The notes below the pieces were generated by a model. It ran no database searches and was not told where the DNA came from. It saw only the letters and a list, made by a program, of their open reading frames with translations. Position numbers and translations under genes: made by a program. Positions 24,340-31,693 of a DNA stretch of 32,300 bases are shown piece by piece. This stretch comes from Candidatus Pacearchaeota archaeon (GTDB lineage: Archaea > Nanobdellota > Nanobdellia > Pacearchaeales > GW2011-AR1), in NCBI GenBank assembly GCA_017609535.1, contig JAFCDU010000012.1, positions 1 to 32,300 of the forward strand, read 5' to 3'. How positions within the stretch are numbered: the first letter of the stretch is position 1; each line of letters opens with the position of its first letter.

Positions 24340-24975
24340 ATGACAAAAACCAAAAAAACCTCAAAGAAAAAACAAAGAGAACGGGAAAAACTGAAAATCC
24401 TCGCAGCAGGCGACTTGCACGGGGATGTTGATGCTGCTCGGAAATTGTCGAAGAAGGCGAAGAAAGAGAAAGTGGATTTGGTTCTGCTATTAGGGGATAT
24501 TCATGGAATTCAAGAGTCGAAAGGTTTGATGGCAGAGTTCAAGAAAAATAAACAGAGACTTGTTTTTGTGCCTGGGAATTGGGATACTTCATTTGAAACA
24601 GGAATCTTGGAGGATATATATAATCTGAAAAATTTGGAAAGGCATTATGTAACTTACGGAGATGTTGGAATTTTTGGGGTTGGAAATAGTGATTTTAGAT
24701 TCAGTGTTGATAAAAAGGAGTTGGACAGATTGATGAGCGAGTTTAGAAAAGCAAAAGCAAGGAAAAAAATTTTGGTTTCTCATTTGCACTCAAAAGGGAG
24801 CAAAGCAGAATTCTCTGGTTTTCCCGGGGATGAAATTATAAGGAAGGCAATTGATTATCTTAAACCTGACTTATTTTTATCTGCACATATTCATGAAGCA
24901 GAAGGCATAGAGGAAAAAATTGGGAAGACAAAAGTTATTCAGGTAGGAAGAAAAGGCAAAATTTTTGAAATCTAA
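24340..24975 (+). CDS. Calcineurin-like metallophosphoesterase (YfcE/MJ0936-like)
   Basis: 211-aa ORF with the metallophosphoesterase motifs 'AAGDLHGD', 'LLLGDIHG', 'VPGNWD', 'VSHLH' and 'SAHIHE'. It has a Lys-rich N-terminal tail. Confidence 0.8.
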   Translation: MTKTKKTSKKKQREREKLKILAAGDLHGDVDAARKLSKKAKKEKVDLVLLLGDIHGIQESKGLMAEFKKNKQRLVFVPGNWDTSFETGILEDIYNLKNLERHYVTYGDVGIFGVGNSDFRFSVDKKELDRLMSEFRKAKARKKILVSHLHSKGSKAEFSGFPGDEIIRKAIDYLKPDLFLSAHIHEAEGIEEKIGKTKVIQVGRKGKIFEI

Positions 24976-25015
24976 TCCTGAATTTTCAAGAATGCTAAAC
25001 TTTCTCAATTCTCTG

Positions 25016-25029
25016 GCCTAATATTAGGC
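25016..25029. repeat. Perfect 14-bp palindrome GCCTAATATTAGGC in the spacer between the metallophosphoesterase gene and topA (hairpin or operator candidate)
   Basis: Read directly from the sequence. It lies 41 nt after the upstream stop codon and is the only GC-containing perfect palindrome I saw in this spacer. Confidence 0.3.
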
Positions 25030-25110
25030 AAAACTAAACTGCACTAACCAGATTTTATCAGCCTTTTTCATTTAATTAGTCAAACTTATTTGTTCATAGC
25101 AATTTTTCTA

Positions 25111-25122
25111 AAAATATAAAAA
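25111..25122 (+). promoter_or_regulatory. TATA-like box about 28 nt upstream of the topA ATG
   Basis: 'aaaatataaaaa' is centred near 25116 and the ATG is at 25144. Confidence 0.4.
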
Positions 25123-25143
25123 CCTGTTTTAACAGTTTGATTT

Positions 25144-27234
25144 ATGAAAAAAGGAACATTAATTATAACTGAAAAGCCGCAGGCCGCGTCTAAAATAGCG
25201 TCGGCTTTAGTTGATAAGCATAAGGAGTTTGTTGATAAGGGTGTTAGATGGTATGAGTTTGAAAAAAATGGGGAGAAATTTTATGTTGGCTGTGCTGTCG
25301 GACATTTGTATGGGATTGCCCAGAAAAAAGGGAGTAAGGCGGCGATTCCGCAGTTTGATGTTGATTGGGTTCCAGCTTATGAAACAAAAGGCGGGGAATA
25401 TACAAAAAAATATTTTGATGTTTTGAAGAAACTTTGCAAAAAATGTGATAAATTTATTATTGCATCAGATTATGATGTTGAGGGAGAGGTTATTGGCTGG
25501 AATGTTGTCAGATTCATCTGCAAGCAGAAAGATGCAAAGAGGGCAAAATTTAGTTCATTAACCAAAGAGGAATTAAAAAATGCATTTAATAATTTAGAGG
25601 GGAGTGTGAATTGGGGGGCGGCTTTTGCCGGGGAGACACGGCATTATCTTGATTGGTTTTATGGAATTAATTTATCGCGGGCTTTAATGCGCGCATTGTC
25701 TAAAACAGGGGGTTTTAGGATTTTATCTATTGGAAGGGTTCAAGGGCCTGCTTTGTCAATTTTAGTTGAAAGAGAAAAGAAAATTAGGAATTTTAAGCCA
25801 GAGCCATATTGGGAAGTTTTTTTGCAAGTTGAGGATTTAAATAAAAATAAAGTTGAGGTCAAGTTTCCCAAAGAAATCAAGAAAAAATCAGAGCTGCTGA
25901 AGTTTAAGCAATTGGGCGGGAAGAAGGGAAGTGCTGAAACAAGAAGTAAGGACGAAGAAGTTAAGCAACCCATTCCATTTGATTTAACTACCTTGCAGAC
26001 AGAGGCATATAGATGGCTTGGGATGAGCCCTAAACAGAGTATGACACTGGCGCAGAATTTATATTTGAAAGGTTTAATTTCATATCCAAGAACATCAAGC
26101 CAAGAATATCCCAACGGGATTAATTATGGAAAAATTTTGAAGAGTTTGAAAAAGAATTATTCTATTGTTAAATATGCTGTGAATAACAAACCGACAAAAG
26201 GTAAAAAAACCGACCCGGCCCATCCCGCAATTTATCCCACTGGGGAGTTTGGGAAGATGACTCCAAGCGAGAGAAAACTTTATAATTTAATTGTTAAGAG
26301 GTTTATTTCTTGTTTTGCTAAACCTGCCTTAGTAGAGAGCAAGAGGATTGTTGTAGATGTTTCAGGTTTGAAATTTCATGCAACTGGGAAGATAATTAAG
26401 GAAAAGAATTGGATGGCTGTTTATCCGTCATCTACTAAGGAGAACAAGATTCCTACTATTAACGGGGAAGTTAATATTAAGGAATTGAGAATTGAAGAGA
26501 AACAGACAAAACCTCCAAAGAGATATACTCCTGCATCTTTGATGAGGGAGTTGGAGAAGAGGAATTTAGGCACGAAGGCTACTCGAACTGGGATTGTTGA
26601 TACTTTATTTTCCAGAGATTATGTTGAAGGAAAAAGTATGGAAGCGACTGAATTGGGGATTAAGCTTGTTGATACATTAAGCAAATATTCTCCAATGATT
26701 TTAGATGAAGAATTGACGCGAAATATGGAAAAAGAATTGGAGGAGATTGAACTTGCTAAGAAAAAAGATTTGGAAAAAGAAAAGAGAAAGATGTTAGAAA
26801 AGGCGAAGAAGGATATTACTTCTATTGTGAATAATATGGAGAAGAATAAGGAGGAGATTGGTAGGGGTTTGAGTGATGCTAACAAGGAAATGTGGGATAA
26901 GCAGAGAGAGGAAAATAAGTTGCAAAAGTGTCCTGTTTGTAAAAAGGGGCAATTGAGAATTTTGTATAATAAAAGGTTTAGAAGGTATTTTGTTGGTTGT
27001 TCTAATTATCCTGAGTGCAAGACAACTTATTCTTTGAGACCAGGATTGGTTAAGCCGGCGTTCGACAAGGATAAGAAAAATGTTTTGTGTGAGGAGTGCG
27101 GATGGCCTATTTTGATTTCTATTAGACAAGGAAAGAAGCCATGGAGATTTTGTTTTAATCCTGATTGTAAGACAAATGAGGAGTGGGAGAAGCAGAAGGC
27201 GGAGTTTAAAAAAGGTTTGGAAAAGAATGGGTAA
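25144..27234 (+). CDS. topA: Type IA DNA topoisomerase (archaeal TopA/Topo III-like) with two C-terminal zinc ribbons
   Basis: 696-aa ORF with Toprim motifs 'LIITEKPQAA' and 'DYDVEGE', the active-site Tyr motif 'GLISYPRTSSQ', and the zinc ribbons 'CPVCKKG...CSNYPECK' and 'CEECGWP...CFNPDCK'. Confidence 0.9.
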   Translation: MKKGTLIITEKPQAASKIASALVDKHKEFVDKGVRWYEFEKNGEKFYVGCAVGHLYGIAQKKGSKAAIPQFDVDWVPAYETKGGEYTKKYFDVLKKLCKKCDKFIIASDYDVEGEVIGWNVVRFICKQKDAKRAKFSSLTKEELKNAFNNLEGSVNWGAAFAGETRHYLDWFYGINLSRALMRALSKTGGFRILSIGRVQGPALSILVEREKKIRNFKPEPYWEVFLQVEDLNKNKVEVKFPKEIKKKSELLKFKQLGGKKGSAETRSKDEEVKQPIPFDLTTLQTEAYRWLGMSPKQSMTLAQNLYLKGLISYPRTSSQEYPNGINYGKILKSLKKNYSIVKYAVNNKPTKGKKTDPAHPAIYPTGEFGKMTPSERKLYNLIVKRFISCFAKPALVESKRIVVDVSGLKFHATGKIIKEKNWMAVYPSSTKENKIPTINGEVNIKELRIEEKQTKPPKRYTPASLMRELEKRNLGTKATRTGIVDTLFSRDYVEGKSMEATELGIKLVDTLSKYSPMILDEELTRNMEKELEEIELAKKKDLEKEKRKMLEKAKKDITSIVNNMEKNKEEIGRGLSDANKEMWDKQREENKLQKCPVCKKGQLRILYNKRFRRYFVGCSNYPECKTTYSLRPGLVKPAFDKDKKNVLCEECGWPILISIRQGKKPWRFCFNPDCKTNEEWEKQKAEFKKGLEKNG

Positions 27235-27507
27235 AGAGAGGATTTTATTTTAAAATTAAAAAGATTTCAATTAACTTTAAAATATCTGAGGAGATTTTAT
27301 ATAGAAAACTTAAAAATCTTACTATATTTATCTGAATATGAAATCAAAAGAATATTAACCATTTTTCATGAGTTTATTCATACTAAAGATGAAACAAGCC
27401 ATGCATCAAAATTAAGTAAAGAGGAGAAAAATAAAATTGAAACTGAAGTAAATAAAAAAGCAGAGAAGATTTTGAATAAGCGTTCAAAAATTGAAGATTT
27501 TGTTTGA
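27235..27507 (+). other. Start-less 90-codon open frame in the topA reading frame directly after its TAA; carries an HExxH-x6-H motif. It could be a read-through extension, a nonsense-split C-terminal domain, or a gene remnant.
   Basis: I translated it codon by codon as REDFILKLKRFQLTLKYLRRFYIENLKILLYLSEYEIKRILTIFHEFIHTKDETSHASKLSKEEKNKIETEVNKKAEKILNKRSKIEDFV, ending at TGA (27505-27507). There is no ATG, GTG or TTG until codon 80. It is not in the ORF track. Confidence 0.4.
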
Positions 27508-27553
27508 GGACCTTGGAGATTAGATTCTTTTTAGAAAGATTGGATAAATCAAC

Positions 27554-27964
27554 TTACTCTTCTTGGTAAATCACTTTATATCCTTGATATGGCGGTCCAA
27601 AATTTATTATGTCACCATTAGTTAAAAGAACTCTTTGAGAACCAACATGTCCAAAATCTTTGTTTCTAATTATTGTTGTTCCATATCTCCCTCTATTAAC
27701 TATATAAACATTTCCAAAATCATCTAATGTTAGTGTCGCTTGGTGTTTAGATACACTTAATAATCGCTCTCGTAAATCTGGGTCTTGGGTTCTCTCTCCA
27801 TTTGAATTTAATCCAAGTGTAATTTCATTATGAACCCCATCTTCACATTGTAGCGTTCCTCTTGCTCGTCCAATATGAACTCTATCATAGACTTTGAATA
27901 ATTCTTCTAAATCATATTTTACATTTGCATGAAAATCATTAAGTATTTTTGCCATTTTTATCAT
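27554..27964 (-). CDS. Stand-alone FHA-like domain protein
   Basis: 136-aa ORF. 'RVHIGRARG', 'LSVSKHQATLTLDDFGNVYIVNRGRYGTTIIRN' and 'VLLTNGDIINFG' follow the FHA order (GR ... S-x-H ... (N)GT ... GD-x-I-x-G). The loop after GR is longer than usual. Confidence 0.55.
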   Translation of the reverse strand: MIKMAKILNDFHANVKYDLEELFKVYDRVHIGRARGTLQCEDGVHNEITLGLNSNGERTQDPDLRERLLSVSKHQATLTLDDFGNVYIVNRGRYGTTIIRNKDFGHVGSQRVLLTNGDIINFGPPYQGYKVIYQEE

Positions 27965-28287
27965 TTTTAATAAAATTTTAGTATTTATAAATCTTTCTAT
28001 TTGTTACTACTATCTAATTATAATTTTAAAATAATATCATAGTTATGGATAGATGAAAAAAGTATGAATAAAGACAAGATAGTGCAGGTATATGGGAGAG
28101 AATTATAAACTCTTTGAAGTATTTTTGAAATTCAACTTAACAAAGGGAAAATAAGAGAAAATGTCTGAGAATCCTTAAACTGCATAATCTTATAAAAGAC
28201 AATTCCAAGAATGTCGGCCTCATTATACAACTTCTCCTGCAAGCAGACTCAAATATTATGCTTAAAAAAGACACAAAAGAAATAAAA

Positions 28288-29013
28288 TTAAAAAATTCCC
28301 CGCTTCCTGATTCCTGTGGCGGTTATCTCGAAGTTGAGTTCTTTTTCAGGAAGAGAGCGGTGTTTTCTTAGAATGAGTTTTCTCCTGCCTTTGTAATTTT
28401 GTAATTCTATAAGACATTTGCTCCAGTATTTTAGGAGATCCCCGCCAACCATTGAGAATTGTTTTTCTTTATCTGGAATGTTTTTAAATTCTGAATAAAC
28501 CTGATTTGTAACTATTACAGGGATATTTTGTTTTCTTGCAATTTCATTTAATGTTCTTAATTGTCTGGCGAGTTTTCTATTTACTTCTTTTATTTTTTCA
28601 TCTTCTCCTGTCTTTATTGCGTCGCCGAGTTCAAGGCGGTAGAGCATAGCGATGCTGTCTATTATAATTAGAGTTATGTCTCCTTTTTTTACATATTTTA
28701 GAAGTTTGCCAAAATCAAGTTCTTGTTCTTCAAATGAGGTTGGTTTTAATAATAAGATATTTTTTAATACATCTTCAAAAACTTCGGGGTTTTTAGATAA
28801 AAGTTGTTTTATTCTGTCAATTGAGAACCCTCCTTCTGTATCCATGTAGATTACTTTATTTCCTTTTTTTGCCTGTGAAACCGCTACAAGCAATGTGAGG
28901 TTTGTTTTTCCAGAGCCACCGGGGCCATATAAAGTTGAGATAATATCGTTTTCATATCCTCCAAAAAGGAATTTGTTTAAGTCATATGAACCTGCGGAGA
29001 TTTTGTTCCTCAT
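28288..29013 (-). CDS. radB: RadB recombinase paralogue (RecA/RadA family, no N-terminal HhH domain)
   Basis: 241-aa ORF. 'ISAGSYDLNKFLFGGYENDIISTLYGPGGSGKTNL' (Walker A) and 'VIYMDTEGGFSIDRI' are present. Its size and the lack of an N-terminal domain fit RadB rather than RadA. Confidence 0.8.
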   Translation of the reverse strand: MRNKISAGSYDLNKFLFGGYENDIISTLYGPGGSGKTNLTLLVAVSQAKKGNKVIYMDTEGGFSIDRIKQLLSKNPEVFEDVLKNILLLKPTSFEEQELDFGKLLKYVKKGDITLIIIDSIAMLYRLELGDAIKTGEDEKIKEVNRKLARQLRTLNEIARKQNIPVIVTNQVYSEFKNIPDKEKQFSMVGGDLLKYWSKCLIELQNYKGRRKLILRKHRSLPEKELNFEITATGIRKRGIF

Positions 29014-29172
29014 TTAATTTTATTGCTTGAGATGTATAAAAGAATTTATATTGTGCTTCGCACAGATGGGCAATCTTTGATTGCTTCTTATTGTGGTGTC
29101 CTAGCGGACAATGGAATTAATTAAATCGCGGGTTTATGCTTTGTTAATAAAAATTTAGAGAAAAACTTTCTG

Positions 29173-29427
29173 TTACTTCATCTTTTTGAAATCGTCTGTA
29201 ACTTTGTCAAGTTCTTTTTCTATTGTTGATATTGCTTTTTGAAGAAGTTTTTTTGGATTATCTGCTTCAATATGCAGGACAGGCGGTTTCGAGGGGTGTT
29301 CTCGTCTCCAAGCTGCAAGTTTTGCCCCTTCTTTGTTTAGATAGACCCTAAGCAGTTCTGCAATTGTGAGGTTATCTATTTCTATGTCTAATAAATTTTT
29401 GTCTTCTTTGACTATATTTATGTTCAT
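29173..29427 (-). CDS. rpoL: DNA-directed RNA polymerase subunit L (Rpo11)
   Basis: From the internal ATG the protein reads 'MNINIVKEDKNLLDIEIDNLTIAELLRVYLNKEGAKLAAWRREHPSKPPVLHIEADN..PKKLLQKAISTIEKEL'. This aligns by eye with archaeal RpoL (Sulfolobus '[27 protein letters not shown]...YYQPHPL'). The track ORF starts at an upstream TTG (29514), which I do not favour. Confidence 0.7.
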   Translation of the reverse strand: MNINIVKEDKNLLDIEIDNLTIAELLRVYLNKEGAKLAAWRREHPSKPPVLHIEADNPKKLLQKAISTIEKELDKVTDDFKKMK

Positions 29428-29444
29428 AGAATTATATGTTGAAC

Positions 29445-29458
29445 CTATATTTAAAAGG
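29445..29458 (-). promoter_or_regulatory. TATA-like box about 25 nt upstream of the rpoL ATG at 29427
   Basis: The minus strand reads 'ccttttaaatatag'. It lies inside the TTG-extended ORF, which supports the shorter gene model. Confidence 0.35.
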
Positions 29459-29644
29459 TTTTGGTTTATTGGCTTTTGCAAAATTTCATTAAAGAAAACT
29501 TCTATTATAAGCAATTAGTTTAAAGCAATTTTTTGGTTAAAGATTTGCTTGACTTCCATATTTCCGCGCTGTTTCAACTTGCCTTTTTGATGATTCCTTA
29601 ACTTTACTAATTCTTTTATTTATAGTGGTTTCAGCAAAGCAGGT

Positions 29645-31693
29645 TTATGGTTTTAATGACTCTATTTTAGATGTTTCGTCTTTTTTTATTTTGATTACAT
29701 TATCTACAAAGCCCTCTATTTTCTGCTCGTGTGAGACGAGGATTATTTGCTCTGCTTCAAGTTGTTGGAAGATATCGCGCATTTTATCAAGCTGTTCTGC
29801 TGAGAAGCCGTCTGTTGGTTCATCTAAAATAAGAATGTCTTTTGTTTTTATTTTTGATAAAAGTGAGTTTAGAACTTGATTTAATGCCAATCTATATGCA
29901 AGGGCGACTGCGGTTCTTTCCCCTCCTGAGAGGAATTCATAATCAATTTCATAATCCTGATTTTGGATTATCGGGGTGAAATCTTCATCTAATCTGACAG
30001 ACAAACTATCTGAAACTAAAATGGAAAACCATTCATTGAAAATTTTTGAGAATTCATTTCTTAATTTTATGAGAACATTTGATTCTGTTAATGTGATTAA
30101 AGAAAGAAATTTTACTTCTAACCAGTCTTGTAATTGGCGAAGATAATTAATTTGCGAGCGGATTTTTTCTTTTTCTTTTATCTCTTTATCAAGATTTTCA
30201 AGCTGATTTTTTAAAATTTCTAATTCTCGTTTTTTCTCTGCTAAAGAAATTTCAGCCTGCCTTAATTTTGCATTAATTTGCTCAAATTCTGTTTTATGCT
30301 GTTCATAGATTTTTTCTGTTTCTTTGAATTCTTGAATTTTTTTGTTTGTTTGATTTATTTTTTCATTTAAGGAATCTATTTCATTTAAGGTTCTGTCTAA
30401 GATGAATGTGTCTGATTTTATTTTTGTTTCTATTTGTTTTTGATGTTCAAATTTTATTTTATTTGCCTCTAAAGATTGAAGGTCCTTCTCATAACCCCTA
30501 ATTAATTCTTTTTCCTTTTCTATATCTTTTATAGTCTGATTTTTTTCAAATATTTTTGGTTCGATTTCTCTTTCAATTGATTGGAGTTCATATTGAGTAT
30601 TTTTTGAAATTTTTTCTTTATACTCCTGACTGACTGGCTGAAAACAAGTTGGGCAGTTTTCTAATGAATTTATTTTTTCATTTAACTCCTGAGATTGCTC
30701 TTTTTTCATATTTAGTTTTGAAATTTGTGAGTTTATATTCAGAAATTTGGCGTTTAGTTCTTCGATGAGAGTTTTATGTTTATCGAGGAGATTTTTTGTC
30801 TGGATAATCTGTTCAGGTTCAAATTCAATTTTTTCTTTTATCTGGTTTTTGGCTTGAAGAATTTCTCGTTTTAACCTTTCCGCAAGTTCCTGTTTTCCCC
30901 TTAATTCAGTTTTATTATTTGACAATTGCAAATCTAAAAATTGTTTTTGCTTGATTTTTTCCTGGATTTCGTTGAGTTTCGCATTTATTTCATTTTTTTG
31001 TTTCTCAAAATTTGAGACCTCTATTTGAAGATTGTTTACCTGCTTGCTTAATTGAATTTTATTTTCGGTTTGTTGAACAAGTTTTTCTTTTAAGTGGTTT
31101 AATTGAGTGATTTCAGCTTCTTTTATTTTGATTGCAAGTTTTATTTTTTGAAGAAATATTTGGGAGTTTTCCTTAATTCTCTTGTATCTATCGATTCCAA
31201 AGATGTAGCGGAGGGTATCGAGACGAATTTCTGGGCGTTCCTGGATTATTGACTTCATTTCTTCCTGCGGGGTATAAACTGTGAATTTATAGAGAAGATT
31301 TGACTTTTTTACAAATTCTTTTGGGTATTTTAATAATGATATCACCCTGTTTTTCATTTCCGAGGTGGATAATTCCTCTCTGTCTCCGTCGATAGTTATT
31401 GCATTAAAGTCCTGAGTTATTGACTTTCCTCGTTTTAAACTTCGTTCCAGGATAATTGATTTTCCTTCAACTTCAAGTTCTAAATAAACAGATGCGGTAT
31501 CTTTGCCTTGCCTTAAGATAGACGCGCCTTTTTGCCCCGGTTGAAGCCCAAATAATGCGAATTGAAGAGCAAGAAGAATTGAAGTTTTGCCTGCACCGAT
31601 ATCTCCTGAAAGGAGTATTGACCCCTTTGGGAATTCTATTTCTAATTCATTGTAACTTCTTATGTTTTTGAGTTTGAGTTTTTTAAATAACAT
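29645..31693 (-). CDS. rad50: Rad50 DNA double-strand-break repair ATPase (SMC-like) with a zinc hook
   Basis: 682-aa ORF with an N-terminal 'LKNIRSY...LLSGDIGAGKTSIL' (Walker A), a long heptad-rich middle with the hook 'CPTC', the signature 'LSGGERTAVALAYRLAL', Walker B 'ILILDEPT' and 'ILVSHE'. Its start overlaps the mre11 stop by 11 nt. Confidence 0.9.
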   Translation of the reverse strand: MLFKKLKLKNIRSYNELEIEFPKGSILLSGDIGAGKTSILLALQFALFGLQPGQKGASILRQGKDTASVYLELEVEGKSIILERSLKRGKSITQDFNAITIDGDREELSTSEMKNRVISLLKYPKEFVKKSNLLYKFTVYTPQEEMKSIIQERPEIRLDTLRYIFGIDRYKRIKENSQIFLQKIKLAIKIKEAEITQLNHLKEKLVQQTENKIQLSKQVNNLQIEVSNFEKQKNEINAKLNEIQEKIKQKQFLDLQLSNNKTELRGKQELAERLKREILQAKNQIKEKIEFEPEQIIQTKNLLDKHKTLIEELNAKFLNINSQISKLNMKKEQSQELNEKINSLENCPTCFQPVSQEYKEKISKNTQYELQSIEREIEPKIFEKNQTIKDIEKEKELIRGYEKDLQSLEANKIKFEHQKQIETKIKSDTFILDRTLNEIDSLNEKINQTNKKIQEFKETEKIYEQHKTEFEQINAKLRQAEISLAEKKRELEILKNQLENLDKEIKEKEKIRSQINYLRQLQDWLEVKFLSLITLTESNVLIKLRNEFSKIFNEWFSILVSDSLSVRLDEDFTPIIQNQDYEIDYEFLSGGERTAVALAYRLALNQVLNSLLSKIKTKDILILDEPTDGFSAEQLDKMRDIFQQLEAEQIILVSHEQKIEGFVDNVIKIKKDETSKIESLKP

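Noticed and set aside
24340-24405. Lys-rich N-terminal tails recur on unrelated proteins: the metallophosphoesterase 'MTKTKKTSKKKQREREK', the NTase-HEPN protein 'MANKKSSKKSKKSKSN', and the 99-aa protein 'MFWKKKKM'.
   Set aside because: This is most simply explained by AAA/AAG-rich 5' coding ends in an AT-rich, leaderless-mRNA genome. There is no shared motif beyond composition.
1036-27129. Many 60-190-aa ORFs in the supplied track lie antisense to, or out of frame within, larger genes. Examples are 1036-1320, 1704-1958, 2271-2513, 6057-6332, 8020-8352, 9798-10151, 10810-11148, 13369-13944, 14197-14484, 19705-20079, 21207-22599, 25740-26114 and 26794-27129.
   Set aside because: Each is fully embedded in a longer ORF that has clear conserved motifs. 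Their translations are low-complexity Ser/Phe/Leu/Ile-rich shadow-frame sequence typical of AT-rich genomes, with no motifs of their own.
27965-28287. The unusually long (320-nt) spacer between radB and the FHA gene was inspected for hidden genes or RNAs.
   Set aside because: It contains only tiny ORFs (14 aa and 28 aa) with no motifs, no repeats, no GC-rich structured segment and no obvious hairpins.
29428-29514. The track gives a TTG-initiated N-terminal extension of rpoL (MLIIEVFFNEILQKPINQNLLNIGSTYNS). It likewise gives a TTG start at 12268 for cbf5 and a TTG start at 32066 for mre11.
   Set aside because: The extensions have no similarity to the respective families. The rpoL and cbf5 extensions contain the probable TATA boxes of the shorter models. 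The mre11 frame is open beyond 32066 to the window edge with Mre11-like sequence.
29588-29593. TGATGA occurs in the rpoL-rad50 spacer and could be a C box.
   Set aside because: No CTGA D box lies within 80 nt downstream on that strand.
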